Shown in pieces: positions 42,371-52,062 of a DNA stretch of 64,000 bases. The stretch is from a virus (Duplodnaviria > Caudoviricetes): the IMG/VR virus record IMGVR_UViG_3300021399_000106, positions 1 through 64,000 of that record; one strand, given 5' to 3'. The position numbers and the translations under genes were made by a program. How positions within the stretch are numbered: position 1 is the first letter of the stretch; the number at the start of each line of letters is the position of its first letter. The notes under the pieces are model-generated. The model saw nothing but the letters and a program-made list of their open reading frames with translations. It made no database searches and was not told the origin of the DNA.

Positions 42371-42444
42371 GCGTCCGTAGCCAAGTGGTAAGGCAGGAGG
42401 CCGCAACCCTCTGATCACTGGTTCAAATCCAGTCGGATGCTCCA
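42371..42444 (+). tRNA. tRNA-Cys(GCA)
   Basis: cloverleaf, U73, C33, CCA. Confidence 0.85.
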
Positions 42445-42448
42445 TTAT

Positions 42449-42525
42449 CTCCTAATAACCCAATCGGAAGAGGTAGTAAGCTCAAACCTTACAAAGTATT
42501 GGTTCAAATCCAATTTAGGAGACCA
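42449..42525 (+). tRNA. tRNA with CAA anticodon (nominal Leu), short variable loop
   Basis: CTCCTAA/TTAGGAG+ACCA; GTAAG-CTCAAAC-CTTAC. Confidence 0.75.
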
Positions 42526-42554
42526 TATATTGTATAATATTTAGATATAAAGTT

Positions 42555-42629
42555 GCCGCTTTAGTATAAAATCTATTACGATTGAATGGTAATCAATTGA
42601 AGGCGGAGAGTTACCGTCAAGCGGCACCA
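42555..42629 (+). tRNA. tRNA-Thr(GGT), degenerate D/T loops
   Basis: GCCGCTT/AAGCGGC+ACCA; ATTGA-ATGGTAA-TCAAT. Confidence 0.65.
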
Positions 42630-42635
42630 TTAAAT

Positions 42636-42711
42636 GCCACTCTAGCTCAGTAGGTAGAGCGTTGGCCTGAAGAGCCAAGCGTGGTAGGTTCGATTCCTAC
42701 GGGTGGCGCCA
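42636..42711 (+). tRNA. tRNA-Phe(GAA)
   Basis: cloverleaf, CCA. Confidence 0.9.
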
Positions 42712-42714
42712 AAT

Positions 42715-42789
42715 GCGTGAGTAGTATAATGGTTAGTATATGTCCTTGCCAAGGATAAGGTGCGGGTTCAATTCCCGTCTCGCGCTCCA
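42715..42789 (+). tRNA. tRNA-Gly(GCC)
   Basis: cloverleaf, U73, CCA. Confidence 0.88.
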
Positions 42790-42816
42790 GAGTAGATTTG
42801 AAAGGAAGTAATTATT

Positions 42817-43233
42817 ATGAGTTTATATACTAGAGTATATGAAGATTTTATTAAAGCAAGAAAAGATAAAAATGAAGTAAATAAAAATATTTTAGGTTTA
42901 TTATATAATGCTTTAAAAAACAAAGCAATTGAATTAAGAGTTGATGAATTAACTGATGCTGATTCTAGTTCTGTAATTAAGAAAGTTTCTAAACAATTAG
43001 ATGAAGAAATTGAATGCAATGTAAAGGTTAATAGAACTGAAAAAGCAAATGAATTAACTTATCAAAAGAATTTAATTCAAGACTACTTACCAAAACAATT
43101 AAGTGAAGATGAAATTAAGACTATATTAAATACTCTAGAAGATAAAGCTATTCCTTCAGTAATGAAGTATTTTAAGACTAATTATAATGGTCTAGTAGAT
43201 ATGAGCTTAGTTAGTAAGCTCGCTAGACAATAA
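42817..43233 (+). CDS. GatB/YqeY-domain protein
   Basis: ARKDK..LKN..I..LTD..VIKK..KQ..YLPKQLSEDEI..VDM pattern. Confidence 0.8.
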   Translation: MSLYTRVYEDFIKARKDKNEVNKNILGLLYNALKNKAIELRVDELTDADSSSVIKKVSKQLDEEIECNVKVNRTEKANELTYQKNLIQDYLPKQLSEDEIKTILNTLEDKAIPSVMKYFKTNYNGLVDMSLVSKLARQ

Positions 43234-43235
43234 TT

Positions 43236-43310
43236 GCCAGTTTAGCTCAGAGGAAGAGCAAACCGCTCATATCGGTTAGGTCGAGATATCGTAATTCTCA
43301 GCTGGTACCA
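43236..43310 (+). tRNA. tRNA-Met(CAT), atypical T-loop
   Basis: cloverleaf, CCA. Confidence 0.75.
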
Positions 43311-43315
43311 TATAT

Positions 43316-43400
43316 GCCGGTGTGGTGGAATTGGTAGACACCCTAGTCTTAGAAACTAGTGCTGAAAGGCGTGAGGGTTCAAGTCCCTCCACCGGTACCA
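43316..43400 (+). tRNA. tRNA-Leu(TAG)
   Basis: cloverleaf, long variable arm, CCA. Confidence 0.92.
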
Positions 43401-43555
43401 TTTGATTATTCATTTATTAATAGTAAGCGCGGTAGTATTATTAATAAATTTATAATAGTTGCCATTTAGAAAAATGGAGCGTATGACACTGATTGCAAGG
43501 TGTGTAACGACTGATGAAATGTGGAGCCGACAGTATAAAAAAACTCCAACCATAT

Positions 43556-43630
43556 AGGACCGTAGCCAAGTGGTAAGGCAAGGGACTTTGACTCCCTCAT
43601 TCGAAGGTTCGAACCCTTCCGGTCCTGCCA
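43556..43630 (+). tRNA. tRNA-Gln(TTG)
   Basis: cloverleaf, CCA. Confidence 0.92.
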
Positions 43631-43634
43631 AAAT

Positions 43635-43725
43635 GGTTGCTTACTCAAGAGGTCGAAGAGGGTGCACTGCTAACGCATTAGGAGTTTAATCGCTCGCGGG
43701 GGTTCAAATCCCTCAGCAACCGCCA
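43635..43725 (+). tRNA. tRNA-Ser(GCT)
   Basis: cloverleaf, long variable arm, CCA. Confidence 0.9.
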
Positions 43726-43738
43726 TTTGAAAGGAATA

Positions 43739-44284
43739 ATGTTTATGAAAGATTTAGTAAAGGCTAGTAAGTATATTGCACTACTATTAAGGCATAAACC
43801 GGAAGAAGGAGATTTAAATCTCGACAAAGAAGGTTATTGTCCAACTGTTGATTTAATAAGAGCCTTAAAAAGAAAATTTAATTGGTTTACATTAAATGAT
43901 TTGTATGATATTGTAAATTCAGACGAAAAAGGTAGATATTCATTTAATGATAATAAAACCAAAATTAGGGCAAATCAAGGTCATTCAACAAATCAAGTAA
44001 ATATAACATTTAAAGAAGTAACACCTCCTGATATTTTATATCATGGAACAGCAACTAGATTTTTAAATGATATTTATAGAGAAGGTTTAAAACCGATGTC
44101 TAGACAATATGTTCATTTAAGTAAAGATATTGAAACTGCAACGAAAGTTGGTAGTAGACACGGAAATCTATATATTTTAGAAATTGATTGTAAGAAAATG
44201 GTTGAAGATGGATATAAATTTTATATTTCAGAAAACAATGTTTACTTAACAAAATTAGTTCCTAGAAAATATTTTAAAAATTAA
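43739..44284 (+). CDS. kptA: RNA 2'-phosphotransferase (Tpt1/KptA)
   Basis: LLRH, KGRY, IRANQGHS, LYHGT, GLKPMSRQYVHLS, NNVYLT. Confidence 0.92.
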   Translation: MFMKDLVKASKYIALLLRHKPEEGDLNLDKEGYCPTVDLIRALKRKFNWFTLNDLYDIVNSDEKGRYSFNDNKTKIRANQGHSTNQVNITFKEVTPPDILYHGTATRFLNDIYREGLKPMSRQYVHLSKDIETATKVGSRHGNLYILEIDCKKMVEDGYKFYISENNVYLTKLVPRKYFKN

Positions 44285-44347
44285 TTAAAAAATATAATAT
44301 TTTGGTAAAAGATATTGTATATATAATATGTAAAATAAAAATTTAAG

Positions 44348-44410
44348 AGACACAGACAGCAAACAATTAATGCAATCAACTTTTAATTGATCAGGCAAAA
44401 ACGTGTCTAG
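44348..44410 (+). ncRNA. clamp element E3 in 5' UTR of DUF2828 gene, carrying a Lys(TTT) anticodon stem-loop
   Basis: AGACAC-AGACAGCAA..ATCAA-CTTTTAA-TTGAT..AAAC-GTGTCTAG directly before RBS. Confidence 0.7.
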
Positions 44411-44425
44411 AAAGGAAGATTAATT

Positions 44426-46057
44426 ATGGATTTTTATGGAACAATGCAAAAGGTACAAAATAATGTATCAGTAACTGAAAATGGTATGGAAGGATACAAG
44501 ACAACTTTCCACCCATTACTAGATATGAATTTCAAGGTAACTTCATATCGTAAGCTTACAGATAGAGATATCTGTAATGATATTGACCAAATAATTTCTC
44601 AAGCAGAGGATGCTCAATATCTATTAAAATTCTTATTTATGGTAAGAGATGTTAGAGATGGTTTAGGAGAAAGAAGATTATTTAGAGTTGCATTAAAGCA
44701 TCTATTAAATACTGCTAATTTCGATAATAAGACTGAAATAATTTCAGACTTAATTAAAACTCAAATTTCTAATTTTGGTAGATTTGATGACTTATTTATT
44801 TTCGTAGGTACCCCTTATGAAAATATCTTAATTAAAACAATTAAGAATCAATTAAAGTCAGACTATGAGAATATGTTAGCTAATAAGAGCATTTCATTAT
44901 TAGCTAAGTGGATGCCATCTGAAAATGCTTCTTCAAAGGAAACTAAGAAGTTAGCAACAGCAATTAGAAAGGCATTAAATGCAGATTCTAAGACTTATAG
45001 AAAAACTTTATCAGCATTAAGAGCATATTTAAAGGTAACTGAAACTTATACTTCAGCTAATGAATGGGATAAGATTGATTATAATCAAGTTCCTTCTAAG
45101 GCAAACTTAAAGTATAAGGATGCATTCTTAAAGCATGATGAGGAAAGACGTAGAGATTACTTAGCTGCATTAAGAGTTGGTGTTGATAAGGAAGGTAATA
45201 AGGTTAAGATTAATTCTTCAGTTAACTTCCCACATGAAATTGTTGCTAAGTATACTAAGAAAAGCTACTGGAGCTTACAATTATCTGAATATGATGAAGC
45301 ATTAGAACAATTATGGAAGAATTTAAAGCAAAAAGATGGTTTAAATAACACAATCGTTGTTAGAGATGGTTCTGGTTCAATGACTTCAACAATTGGTAAT
45401 GGCGATACAACTGCATTAGATGTTTCAACAGCATTAGCAATTTATTGTTCAGAACATTTAAATTCAGGATTTAAGGATAAATTCTTAACATTCTCAAGTA
45501 GAGCTAAGTTAATTGATTTAAGTGCTGAAACTAATTTACATAACAAATTAAATAAGGTATTTAAAGAGGATGATTGCTCAAATACAAACATTGAAGATGT
45601 ATTCGATGTAATTTTAAATACAGCTGTTAATGGTAATGTTGCACCTGAGGATATGCCAGCACAAGTATTAATTATTTCAGATATGGAATTTGATGGTGCT
45701 TATGGTGGAAATAGATTCAATGGTACAAGCAACGTATTCAAGAAAGCAGCTACTAAGTATGCCAATGCAGGTTACAAGTTACCTAAATTAGTATTCTGGA
45801 ATGTATGCTCTAGAACAAATACTATCCCAGTAACACAAAATGAAAATGGTGTAGTATTAGTATCAGGATTCTCAGTTAATACCTTAAATATGGTATTAAA
45901 TGGAAAGACTTCACCTTGGTTATCATTAGTAGATGAATTAACTACAGAAAAGTATAATTCAATTCCATTATTAGCTAATGTAGTGAAGGCTAATGTAAAG
46001 GTAAATACTACTAAGAGAACCTCTAAGTCAAATAAGACACCTGATTTCTTAAAGTAA
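44426..46057 (+). CDS. DUF2828-family protein (Ro60/TROVE-like helical region + vWA domain)
   Basis: RDVRDGLGERRLFR, LLAKWMPSE, IDYNQVPS, MIDAS DGSGSM, IISDMEFD, PKLVFWNV, LVSGFS. Confidence 0.8.
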   Translation: MDFYGTMQKVQNNVSVTENGMEGYKTTFHPLLDMNFKVTSYRKLTDRDICNDIDQIISQAEDAQYLLKFLFMVRDVRDGLGERRLFRVALKHLLNTANFDNKTEIISDLIKTQISNFGRFDDLFIFVGTPYENILIKTIKNQLKSDYENMLANKSISLLAKWMPSENASSKETKKLATAIRKALNADSKTYRKTLSALRAYLKVTETYTSANEWDKIDYNQVPSKANLKYKDAFLKHDEERRRDYLAALRVGVDKEGNKVKINSSVNFPHEIVAKYTKKSYWSLQLSEYDEALEQLWKNLKQKDGLNNTIVVRDGSGSMTSTIGNGDTTALDVSTALAIYCSEHLNSGFKDKFLTFSSRAKLIDLSAETNLHNKLNKVFKEDDCSNTNIEDVFDVILNTAVNGNVAPEDMPAQVLIISDMEFDGAYGGNRFNGTSNVFKKAATKYANAGYKLPKLVFWNVCSRTNTIPVTQNENGVVLVSGFSVNTLNMVLNGKTSPWLSLVDELTTEKYNSIPLLANVVKANVKVNTTKRTSKSNKTPDFLK

Positions 46058-46069
46058 AAAAATAAATAA

Positions 46070-46230
46070 AAGACACATACAGCGATATTTATATCATGCT
46101 TGAGGAGCCGCCGATGGAGGTATGAAATCCTCCCTTCCCGACCAAGAGCTATTAAGTTTAATTATTTAATAGTTGTTGCTCGGGAAGTAGCTTAATATTC
46201 ATAGAGCAGCGATTGATAAAACGTGTCTTG
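46070..46230 (+). ncRNA. clamp element E4 with circularly permuted tRNA-Pro-like module
   Basis: order T-arm, CTTCCCG-ACCA, linker hairpin, CGGGAAG, D-arm; AAGACAC/GTGTCTT clamp. Confidence 0.75.
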
Positions 46231-46255
46231 TTGACTTAAAAATAAATAACGGTAA

Positions 46256-46396
46256 AAGACATTTACTGCAATTCTAACGATTATCACATGTCAAGTGAGT
46301 GACGGTGGTTCGATTCCATCCTCCCCTGCCATTTATTATAATATATAGGGGAGTAGTTCAGTGGTAGAATGCTAAAAAATCAACCAAAATGTCTTG
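46256..46396 (+). ncRNA. clamp element E5 with circularly permuted tRNA-Asp(GTC)-like module
   Basis: order anticodon arm, T-arm, CTCCCCT-GCCA, linker, AGGGGAG, D-arm; AAGACATTT/AAATGTCTT clamp. Confidence 0.8.
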
Positions 46397-46440
46397 ATTA
46401 CCTTTAAAATATAAATTTAATATAACATATATAAATAGAT

Positions 46441-46573
46441 TAGACACATACAGCAACTTTTAATCTTTTAGATTACTATAGGTTCAAATCCTATCTCAGC
46501 AACATTGCTAAGTGGCGAAAATGGTATACGCAAACTACTTAAAATAGTTATAATGAAAAAGAAACGTGTCTAG
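46441..46573 (+). ncRNA. clamp element E6 with circularly permuted tRNA-Leu(TAA)-like module
   Basis: order T-arm, loop-closed acceptor CTCAGCA/TGCTAAG, D-arm, anticodon arm; TAGACAC/GTGTCTA clamp. Confidence 0.78.
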
Positions 46574-46585
46574 AAATTAAAATAG

Positions 46586-46618
46586 ATTGGTATTTTACTA
46601 GTAATACCAATTTTTTTA
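46586..46618 (+). terminator. intrinsic terminator after clamp-RNA cluster
   Basis: ATTGGTATT..AATACCAAT+T-run. Confidence 0.65.
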
Positions 46619-46647
46619 TTGTATAATTTAATAGAAGAGGTGATATT

Positions 46648-46875
46648 ATGTTATTTTTAGAAACAAGTTCAGAATCTATGACATTATTTACAGCTTTAGT
46701 AATTGTGTTAGTAATAGCATTAGGAATAGTTGTATTATTAATTACATTAAAAACTAATCGATTATTTCCTTTTCATAAAATGCATAAAGAAGATGAAGAT
46801 AATTGTTATGATATGAATCTAAGAAAATCAAGTTCAGTAAAAAAGGATGAAAGAGGAAATAAATGGAAACATTAG
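46648..46875 (+). CDS. small membrane protein
   Basis: single TM helix, RBS GAGGTG. Confidence 0.6.
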   Translation: MLFLETSSESMTLFTALVIVLVIALGIVVLLITLKTNRLFPFHKMHKEDEDNCYDMNLRKSSSVKKDERGNKWKH

Positions 46876-48197
46876 CTAAGTTTAAAGAATTTGTTGATGA
46901 AATTCAACAAAATAATTCAAGAAATTATAAATTAGAAGTTTTAAAGAAATGATCCGATAATCCAATAATTCGTGTATATTTAGATTTTATTTATAATCCT
47001 TATAAGATTACTGGTATTTCAGAAAAGAAGTTATATAAGGAAATTTGAATGGAATCTGAAGAGATTACAAGTATGTATCAGCTTATGGATTATTTATTAA
47101 CTCATAATACCGGTAGAGATGAAGATATTTGTAAGGTTCAGCAATTCAAAGATTTATTAGATGTTGATTATTATGAATTATTTGATGCTATAATTACAAA
47201 ATCATTAACATTAGGTGTTGATGTATTAAGTATTAATAAATGTATGGGAAACTTCATTCCGCAATTTTCAGTCCAACTTGCCAATAAATATTTTGATAAA
47301 CCTGAAATTGTAGAAGGTAAATCATTTGCATTAACTAGAAAAATTGATGGATCCAGAATTATTGCTATTAAAGAAAATGGTGAAGTTACCTTCTATACTA
47401 GACAGGGACAATTATATGAGGGATTGGTTGATTTAGAAAAAGAAATGTTAGAAACTATGCCTGATAATATTTGTTTAGATGGTGAATTAACTATATTAGA
47501 TGCTAATGGTTTAAGTAGTAAAGACCAATATAAAGCGTGTATGAAAATTTCTAGAAAAGATGGAATTAAACATGGTTTAAAAATGTTAGTATTTGATTGT
47601 ATGAATGCGTCAGAATTTAAAAATCAATTCTGTAATAGACCATATAAGAGTAGAAGACAAATGCTAGTTCAAATTTTTAGAAATAATTTTGTTATGGATG
47701 GGGTTAACTATGATTCTGATTTAGCAAATCTAAACCATACTTATTTTGAAATGTTACCTATTTTATATGAAGGTGAAGATACACAACAAATAATGCCTAT
47801 TCTAAATAAAATGGTTGATAATGGCGAAGAAGGTATTATGATTAATATTTTAGACGCACCTTATGAGTTCCGTAGGACTCCGAATTTGTTGAAAGTCAAA
47901 AAAATGCAAGATTTAGATTTAGAGGTAATTGGTTATGAAGAAGGCTCTGGAAACTTTGCAGGAATGTTAGGTGCTTTATTAGTTAGATATAAACAAGGAA
48001 ATACTGTTAAAGTAGGTTCAGGATTGAATAAAGAATTAAGACAAGAAATTTGGAAAGATCCTGATTCATATATCGGTAAAATTATTTCAGTTCAATATTT
48101 TGAAGAAACAACAAATCAAAATGGTGGATTGAGTTTGAGATTTCCAGTCTTTTTAGAGTTTAGAAATCCAGCAGATAAAAACGTAGCAGATTTTTAG
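46863..48197 (+). CDS. ATP-dependent DNA ligase (TGA=Trp)
   Basis: KIDG, LDGEL, EEGIM, LLKVKK, KVGSG, SLRFPVF; N-terminus extends through TGA 46950 and 47046. Confidence 0.9.
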
Positions 48198-48207
48198 GAG
48201 GTAAATT

Positions 48208-48468
48208 ATGTATATAGAGCCAAAAGTAAATGAATTAAAAATTGGAGATAGCGTATATATTAGACAAACTGCACCAATGGACGATGAAGAAGAATATCGT
48301 TTTTATGAATCTATAATTTATAAAATTGAAGGAGATAAAATTTATAGTAAATATACTACAAATAATCTAAAATTTAATTTTAAAAAGGAAGATGTATATT
48401 ACATAGAAGGTAAAGATAAATACTATGTAAATAGATTTGAAACTCGTTGGAATGGAATATACGGATAG
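48208..48468 (+). CDS. hypothetical protein
   Basis: ORF, RBS AGGAGG. Confidence 0.65.
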   Translation: MYIEPKVNELKIGDSVYIRQTAPMDDEEEYRFYESIIYKIEGDKIYSKYTTNNLKFNFKKEDVYYIEGKDKYYVNRFETRWNGIYG

Positions 48469-48479
48469 GGGATAGAATT

Positions 48480-48911
48480 ATGGCATATAGAACTTATATA
48501 AATGGTCATGAATGGTTAGGCAATAACGTATTATATGATGAAATATATGATGAATTAAAAAGACAAGGTTGTCCATTTGATGAAGATTGTTGTGTAGGCT
48601 GAGAAACACCATTTGAGGTTAAGGATTTAGATAGTTTAGTTAAGGCAACAGAAAAAGCTATAATTAACTTATATAACAAAAGAATACAGATAAAAGAGAA
48701 TATTGCAGATTTTTCTGAGTATATTACTCATCCTATTGGTGATCTCACTTGGCAATTACAAGAAGCTAGAGACTATGGTTACATATTTATAAGTGCAATG
48801 TTATTAGAATATGTAGGAGAATGTCATAAACAGTGGGATTTCGAATTTACTAAATCAGGTATGAAATATGTACTAATTAATGATGGTAAATGTTTATTTT
48901 CTGCTTATTAA
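48480..48911 (+). CDS. hypothetical protein (TGA=Trp)
   Basis: 143 codons, one TGA at 48600; fills the gap between neighbours. Confidence 0.7.
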
Positions 48912-48922
48912 GGAGGAGTAAT

Positions 48923-49429
48923 ATGAACTATAATTTTGATAAAGATATATTATATCAAGTTATGACCGAAGGAATATGGTATTATAATAAATTAGGAGAA
49001 GTAGGTCATAATACAAACGTAAAAGTAGATACACATTATATTAATTTTAAAGTTTTTGGAAGAAATATGGGTTTTAATTGGAAAGATTTAAATATAAAAT
49101 TCTTTTTAACCAAAAATGAAGCTGAAAAAGCAGCTAAAGAATATTTAGATTATCTACTAAAATATGTTGATATTAGTACTCTTAAAAAGATAGTTAATTT
49201 AAAAGAAAATGATGAAATAGTTGAATTAAGTTCTTCAAAACATTTATTTCATAGAACAGTTGAACAGTATTCTTACTGGGATAAAAAGAGAAAAACATTT
49301 ATTATTGTAAGTGAATATGATGACGATTATGGTGGAGGATATGATGAATTTGAATATCCTATTCATGAATATGGTCATTCTTGGTTTTTAACTGAAAAAG
49401 ATGCAAAGGAACATATTTATAATTCGTAA
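48923..49429 (+). CDS. hypothetical protein
   Basis: RBS AGGAGG; start re-called. Confidence 0.7.
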   Translation: MNYNFDKDILYQVMTEGIWYYNKLGEVGHNTNVKVDTHYINFKVFGRNMGFNWKDLNIKFFLTKNEAEKAAKEYLDYLLKYVDISTLKKIVNLKENDEIVELSSSKHLFHRTVEQYSYWDKKRKTFIIVSEYDDDYGGGYDEFEYPIHEYGHSWFLTEKDAKEHIYNS

Positions 49430-49461
49430 TAATTGTATATTTATAAAAGGAGAATTAGATT

Positions 49462-49881
49462 ATGAGTGATTTAAATTCGTTAGTTTTTAGTAAAAAAGAG
49501 CAAGAATTAGGATTGCATTTAGATTTTATAAATACATTATTAAAATTAAATAAAGAAAGTACAGATCATTATATAGAATTTTTAGTTAGACAAGAAGAGG
49601 ACTTTGTAATTATAGAATGATGTCAAATTAATTATCATTGTGAGGATTGTTATAGTCATTTTAAATTAGTTGAACCTGACCAAGTAGTTATGCTAGAATA
49701 TAGATTTCCTGATAACCACACTGAATATGTTTTTAGTGAAGAAGAAGGAAAAGAATTATTGGACGAATGATTAAAGGAAAATCCTGGTTGGGAAAAAGGT
49801 CCTTATGGTACTTGATATAATAAAATTGAGAATGATAGATTAAGAAAAGAATTTGGTTTAGATAAAGAAGGTAACGAATAA
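49462..49881 (+). CDS. hypothetical protein (TGA=Trp)
   Basis: 139 codons, three TGA; RBS AAGGAG; stop overlaps next ATG. Confidence 0.7.
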
Positions 49882-50417
49882 TGGGAAGAGAAATTATCGT
49901 TCAAATAAGAGATAGAAGTAGAAACTTTCAAGTTATGGATGAAGATTATGTTTGTGGTAGAGATGATGCTACAAATTATATTGCTCAATTAATTTATAAT
50001 AGAAGAGAAACTTTACCTGAAGTAGATGAGGATAATTTAGAAGGAAGAGAGTTAAGTGACAGATATTCCTTAATATTTGATATAAGTAATAAAGAGCAAT
50101 TTCATGAATTATCCGATATTTGTAACAGATTAAAAGAATATGCTGATGAAGATTATGCTGAAATAAATAAAGCAAAAGAAACATTAGCAGATTTAAAAAT
50201 TGCAAGAAGAAATTGTAGTATATATGAAGAATTTGAAAAATTTTCAGAAGCAATTGAGACAACTCAGGAATGGTTAGATAATGAAGACTATTCTAGAGCA
50301 GGTTCGTTATTAGATATGATTAATGACTGTAAAAGAATGATAGAAAATCAAAATACACCGGAAAGTAGTTTACCTTCTAATGGAAAATATGAAATTGTTA
50401 TTATTTTAAGCGAATAA
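49881..50417 (+). CDS. hypothetical protein
   Basis: 178-aa ORF. Confidence 0.7.
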   Translation: MGREIIVQIRDRSRNFQVMDEDYVCGRDDATNYIAQLIYNRRETLPEVDEDNLEGRELSDRYSLIFDISNKEQFHELSDICNRLKEYADEDYAEINKAKETLADLKIARRNCSIYEEFEKFSEAIETTQEWLDNEDYSRAGSLLDMINDCKRMIENQNTPESSLPSNGKYEIVIILSE

Positions 50418-50487
50418 TTTTAACTAAATTAATTGTATAATATATATGAGGATAAAAAATATCCTTATTCCTATTATAAATAATGGT

Positions 50488-50578
50488 TAGTTACACACAG
50501 CAATTTAATAATACAAATACATGAACAACATTTATATCATTGTTTGGATACGAAAGTAATTAGTAGGTTCGTAACTAG
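50488..50578 (+). ncRNA. clamp element E7 (non-tRNA cargo)
   Basis: TAGTTAC-ACACAGCAA...C-GTAACTAG. Confidence 0.55.
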
Positions 50579-50710
50579 AAAAAAGTAATTTACTAATGAG
50601 GAATAGTATCGCGGCGCATATAAGTCACCTTGATGACAAATATTATATGTAGCTGTAATTATAGTTAACGCTATAACAATTCAAAGGAGTTGAAATATCC
50701 TTTAATAAAA

Positions 50711-50835
50711 AGTCGCATACAGCAAAATAAAAAATCTTTTAAAAAGAAGACAAATAATACAATCAAAAAAATTATTTTGATAGTTATGGCGACTGTGAAT
50801 GCCTATATATAAAAGACAATAGCGAAAGCGACTAG
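50711..50835 (+). ncRNA. clamp element E8 (non-tRNA cargo)
   Basis: AGTCGC-ATACAGCAA with GCGACT partners at 50789 and 50828. Confidence 0.55.
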
Positions 50836-50992
50836 TAAATTTAAAGCATTGTTTAGTAGTATATAAGACTAGATCAGTCCTAAAATTTAATACCAATGTG
50901 CATAAGCACCTCAGTTATGTTATCATTGATATCAAATTAATTGGAAACAGGATTCCAAAATATGATATTATAATTAAAAGGAGAATTAGAAA

Positions 50993-51428
50993 TATGAGAA
51001 CATTATATGAATCTGAATTAAAAGAATTACAAGGAAAGACTTTTACTGATGTGAAGGAGCTTGAAAAAGCAGAAGCTGAAGTAAAGGAAAATGCAACAAA
51101 AAAAGAGGTAGCGTTAGCAGAAAAGAAAGCCGATTTAGCTAAAATTAATGAATCAGCAAATAAATATTTAAAGCTAGTTGAAGAAAATAATAAAAAGCGT
51201 GAGGAATTAAGAAAAGCTGAACAAGAAGTTTATGAGGCTTATAAAAAGGAGTTAGATGATTTTGCTGAAAAACATCAAGGATACCATTTAACTTATCGTA
51301 AAGATGGAGATAATGTGGAATTCCAAATTGAGGAAGCTAAACATCAAACACTAGAAAATTATTATAAGGAAACTCAAGAAACCTTTAATAAATTATTTAA
51401 TAATTTTTTCAATTCATTTTGGTTTTAA
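50993..51428 (+). CDS. coiled-coil hypothetical protein
   Basis: RBS AAGGAG before MRTLYE. Confidence 0.7.
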
Positions 51429-51523
51429 TAAATAGATTGAAAATTTCTGAGGTATAATAAATAAGCCGATTATATATCGGCTTTTATTTTTTACTAAATT
51501 ATAAAAAGAAGAGGTATAATAAT

Positions 51524-51757
51524 ATGTCACAAAGAGTTGAAAATTTAGTTCAAATGTTAGATACTTATGTATCAGATGGTGGATATCACTTAAATGTAAA
51601 TGTATTTAATAGAGAATTATTATTAGACGCACAACAACATCCTGAAAAATATCCACAATTAACAATAAGGGTAAGTGGATACGCTGTCAACTTTGTAAAA
51701 TTGACAAAAGAACAACAGAACGACGTTATTTCAAGAACTATCCACGAATCTATGTAA
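51524..51757 (+). CDS. grcA: autonomous glycyl radical cofactor (PFL C-terminal domain)
   Basis: [35 protein letters not shown]. Confidence 0.88.
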   Translation: MSQRVENLVQMLDTYVSDGGYHLNVNVFNRELLLDAQQHPEKYPQLTIRVSGYAVNFVKLTKEQQNDVISRTIHESM

Positions 51758-51982
51758 ATGTATAACCTACAATTAGGTAATAACCTCTTTGTAGACATAG
51801 GTGTAGGAGATATATTCATTTACAAATATAAAGAAAATTGTTTTGCAATAAAAGATGTAACTGAAAATTATAAACCTGAATTAAATGAATTTACGATTGA
51901 AATATTATCTTTTTATAGCAAAAGGCATTTTATATTTAAAAGAGATAATGGATATTATTGATGAGAAGAAACTAAATTTTAA
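51758..51982 (+). CDS. hypothetical protein (TGA=Trp)
   Basis: tandem TGA TGA read as WW before TAA. Confidence 0.5.
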
Positions 51983-52062
51983 TATTTTTTAATATTTTTT
52001 ATAGGAATACAGTTGTTATTCCTATTTTTTATTGTATAATTATATGTAACTAGGAGGATACT

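Noticed and set aside
44348-46573. CRISPR array or MITE reading of the AGACAC..ACAGCAA repeats
   Set aside because: Copies covary as a stem, enclose tRNA-like cargo of unequal length; no cas genes, target-site duplications or transposase seen.
51524-51757. GrcA as a novel finding or broken pflB
   Set aside because: Stand-alone glycyl radical cofactors are known in phages such as T4; has its own RBS; only suggests an anaerobic host.
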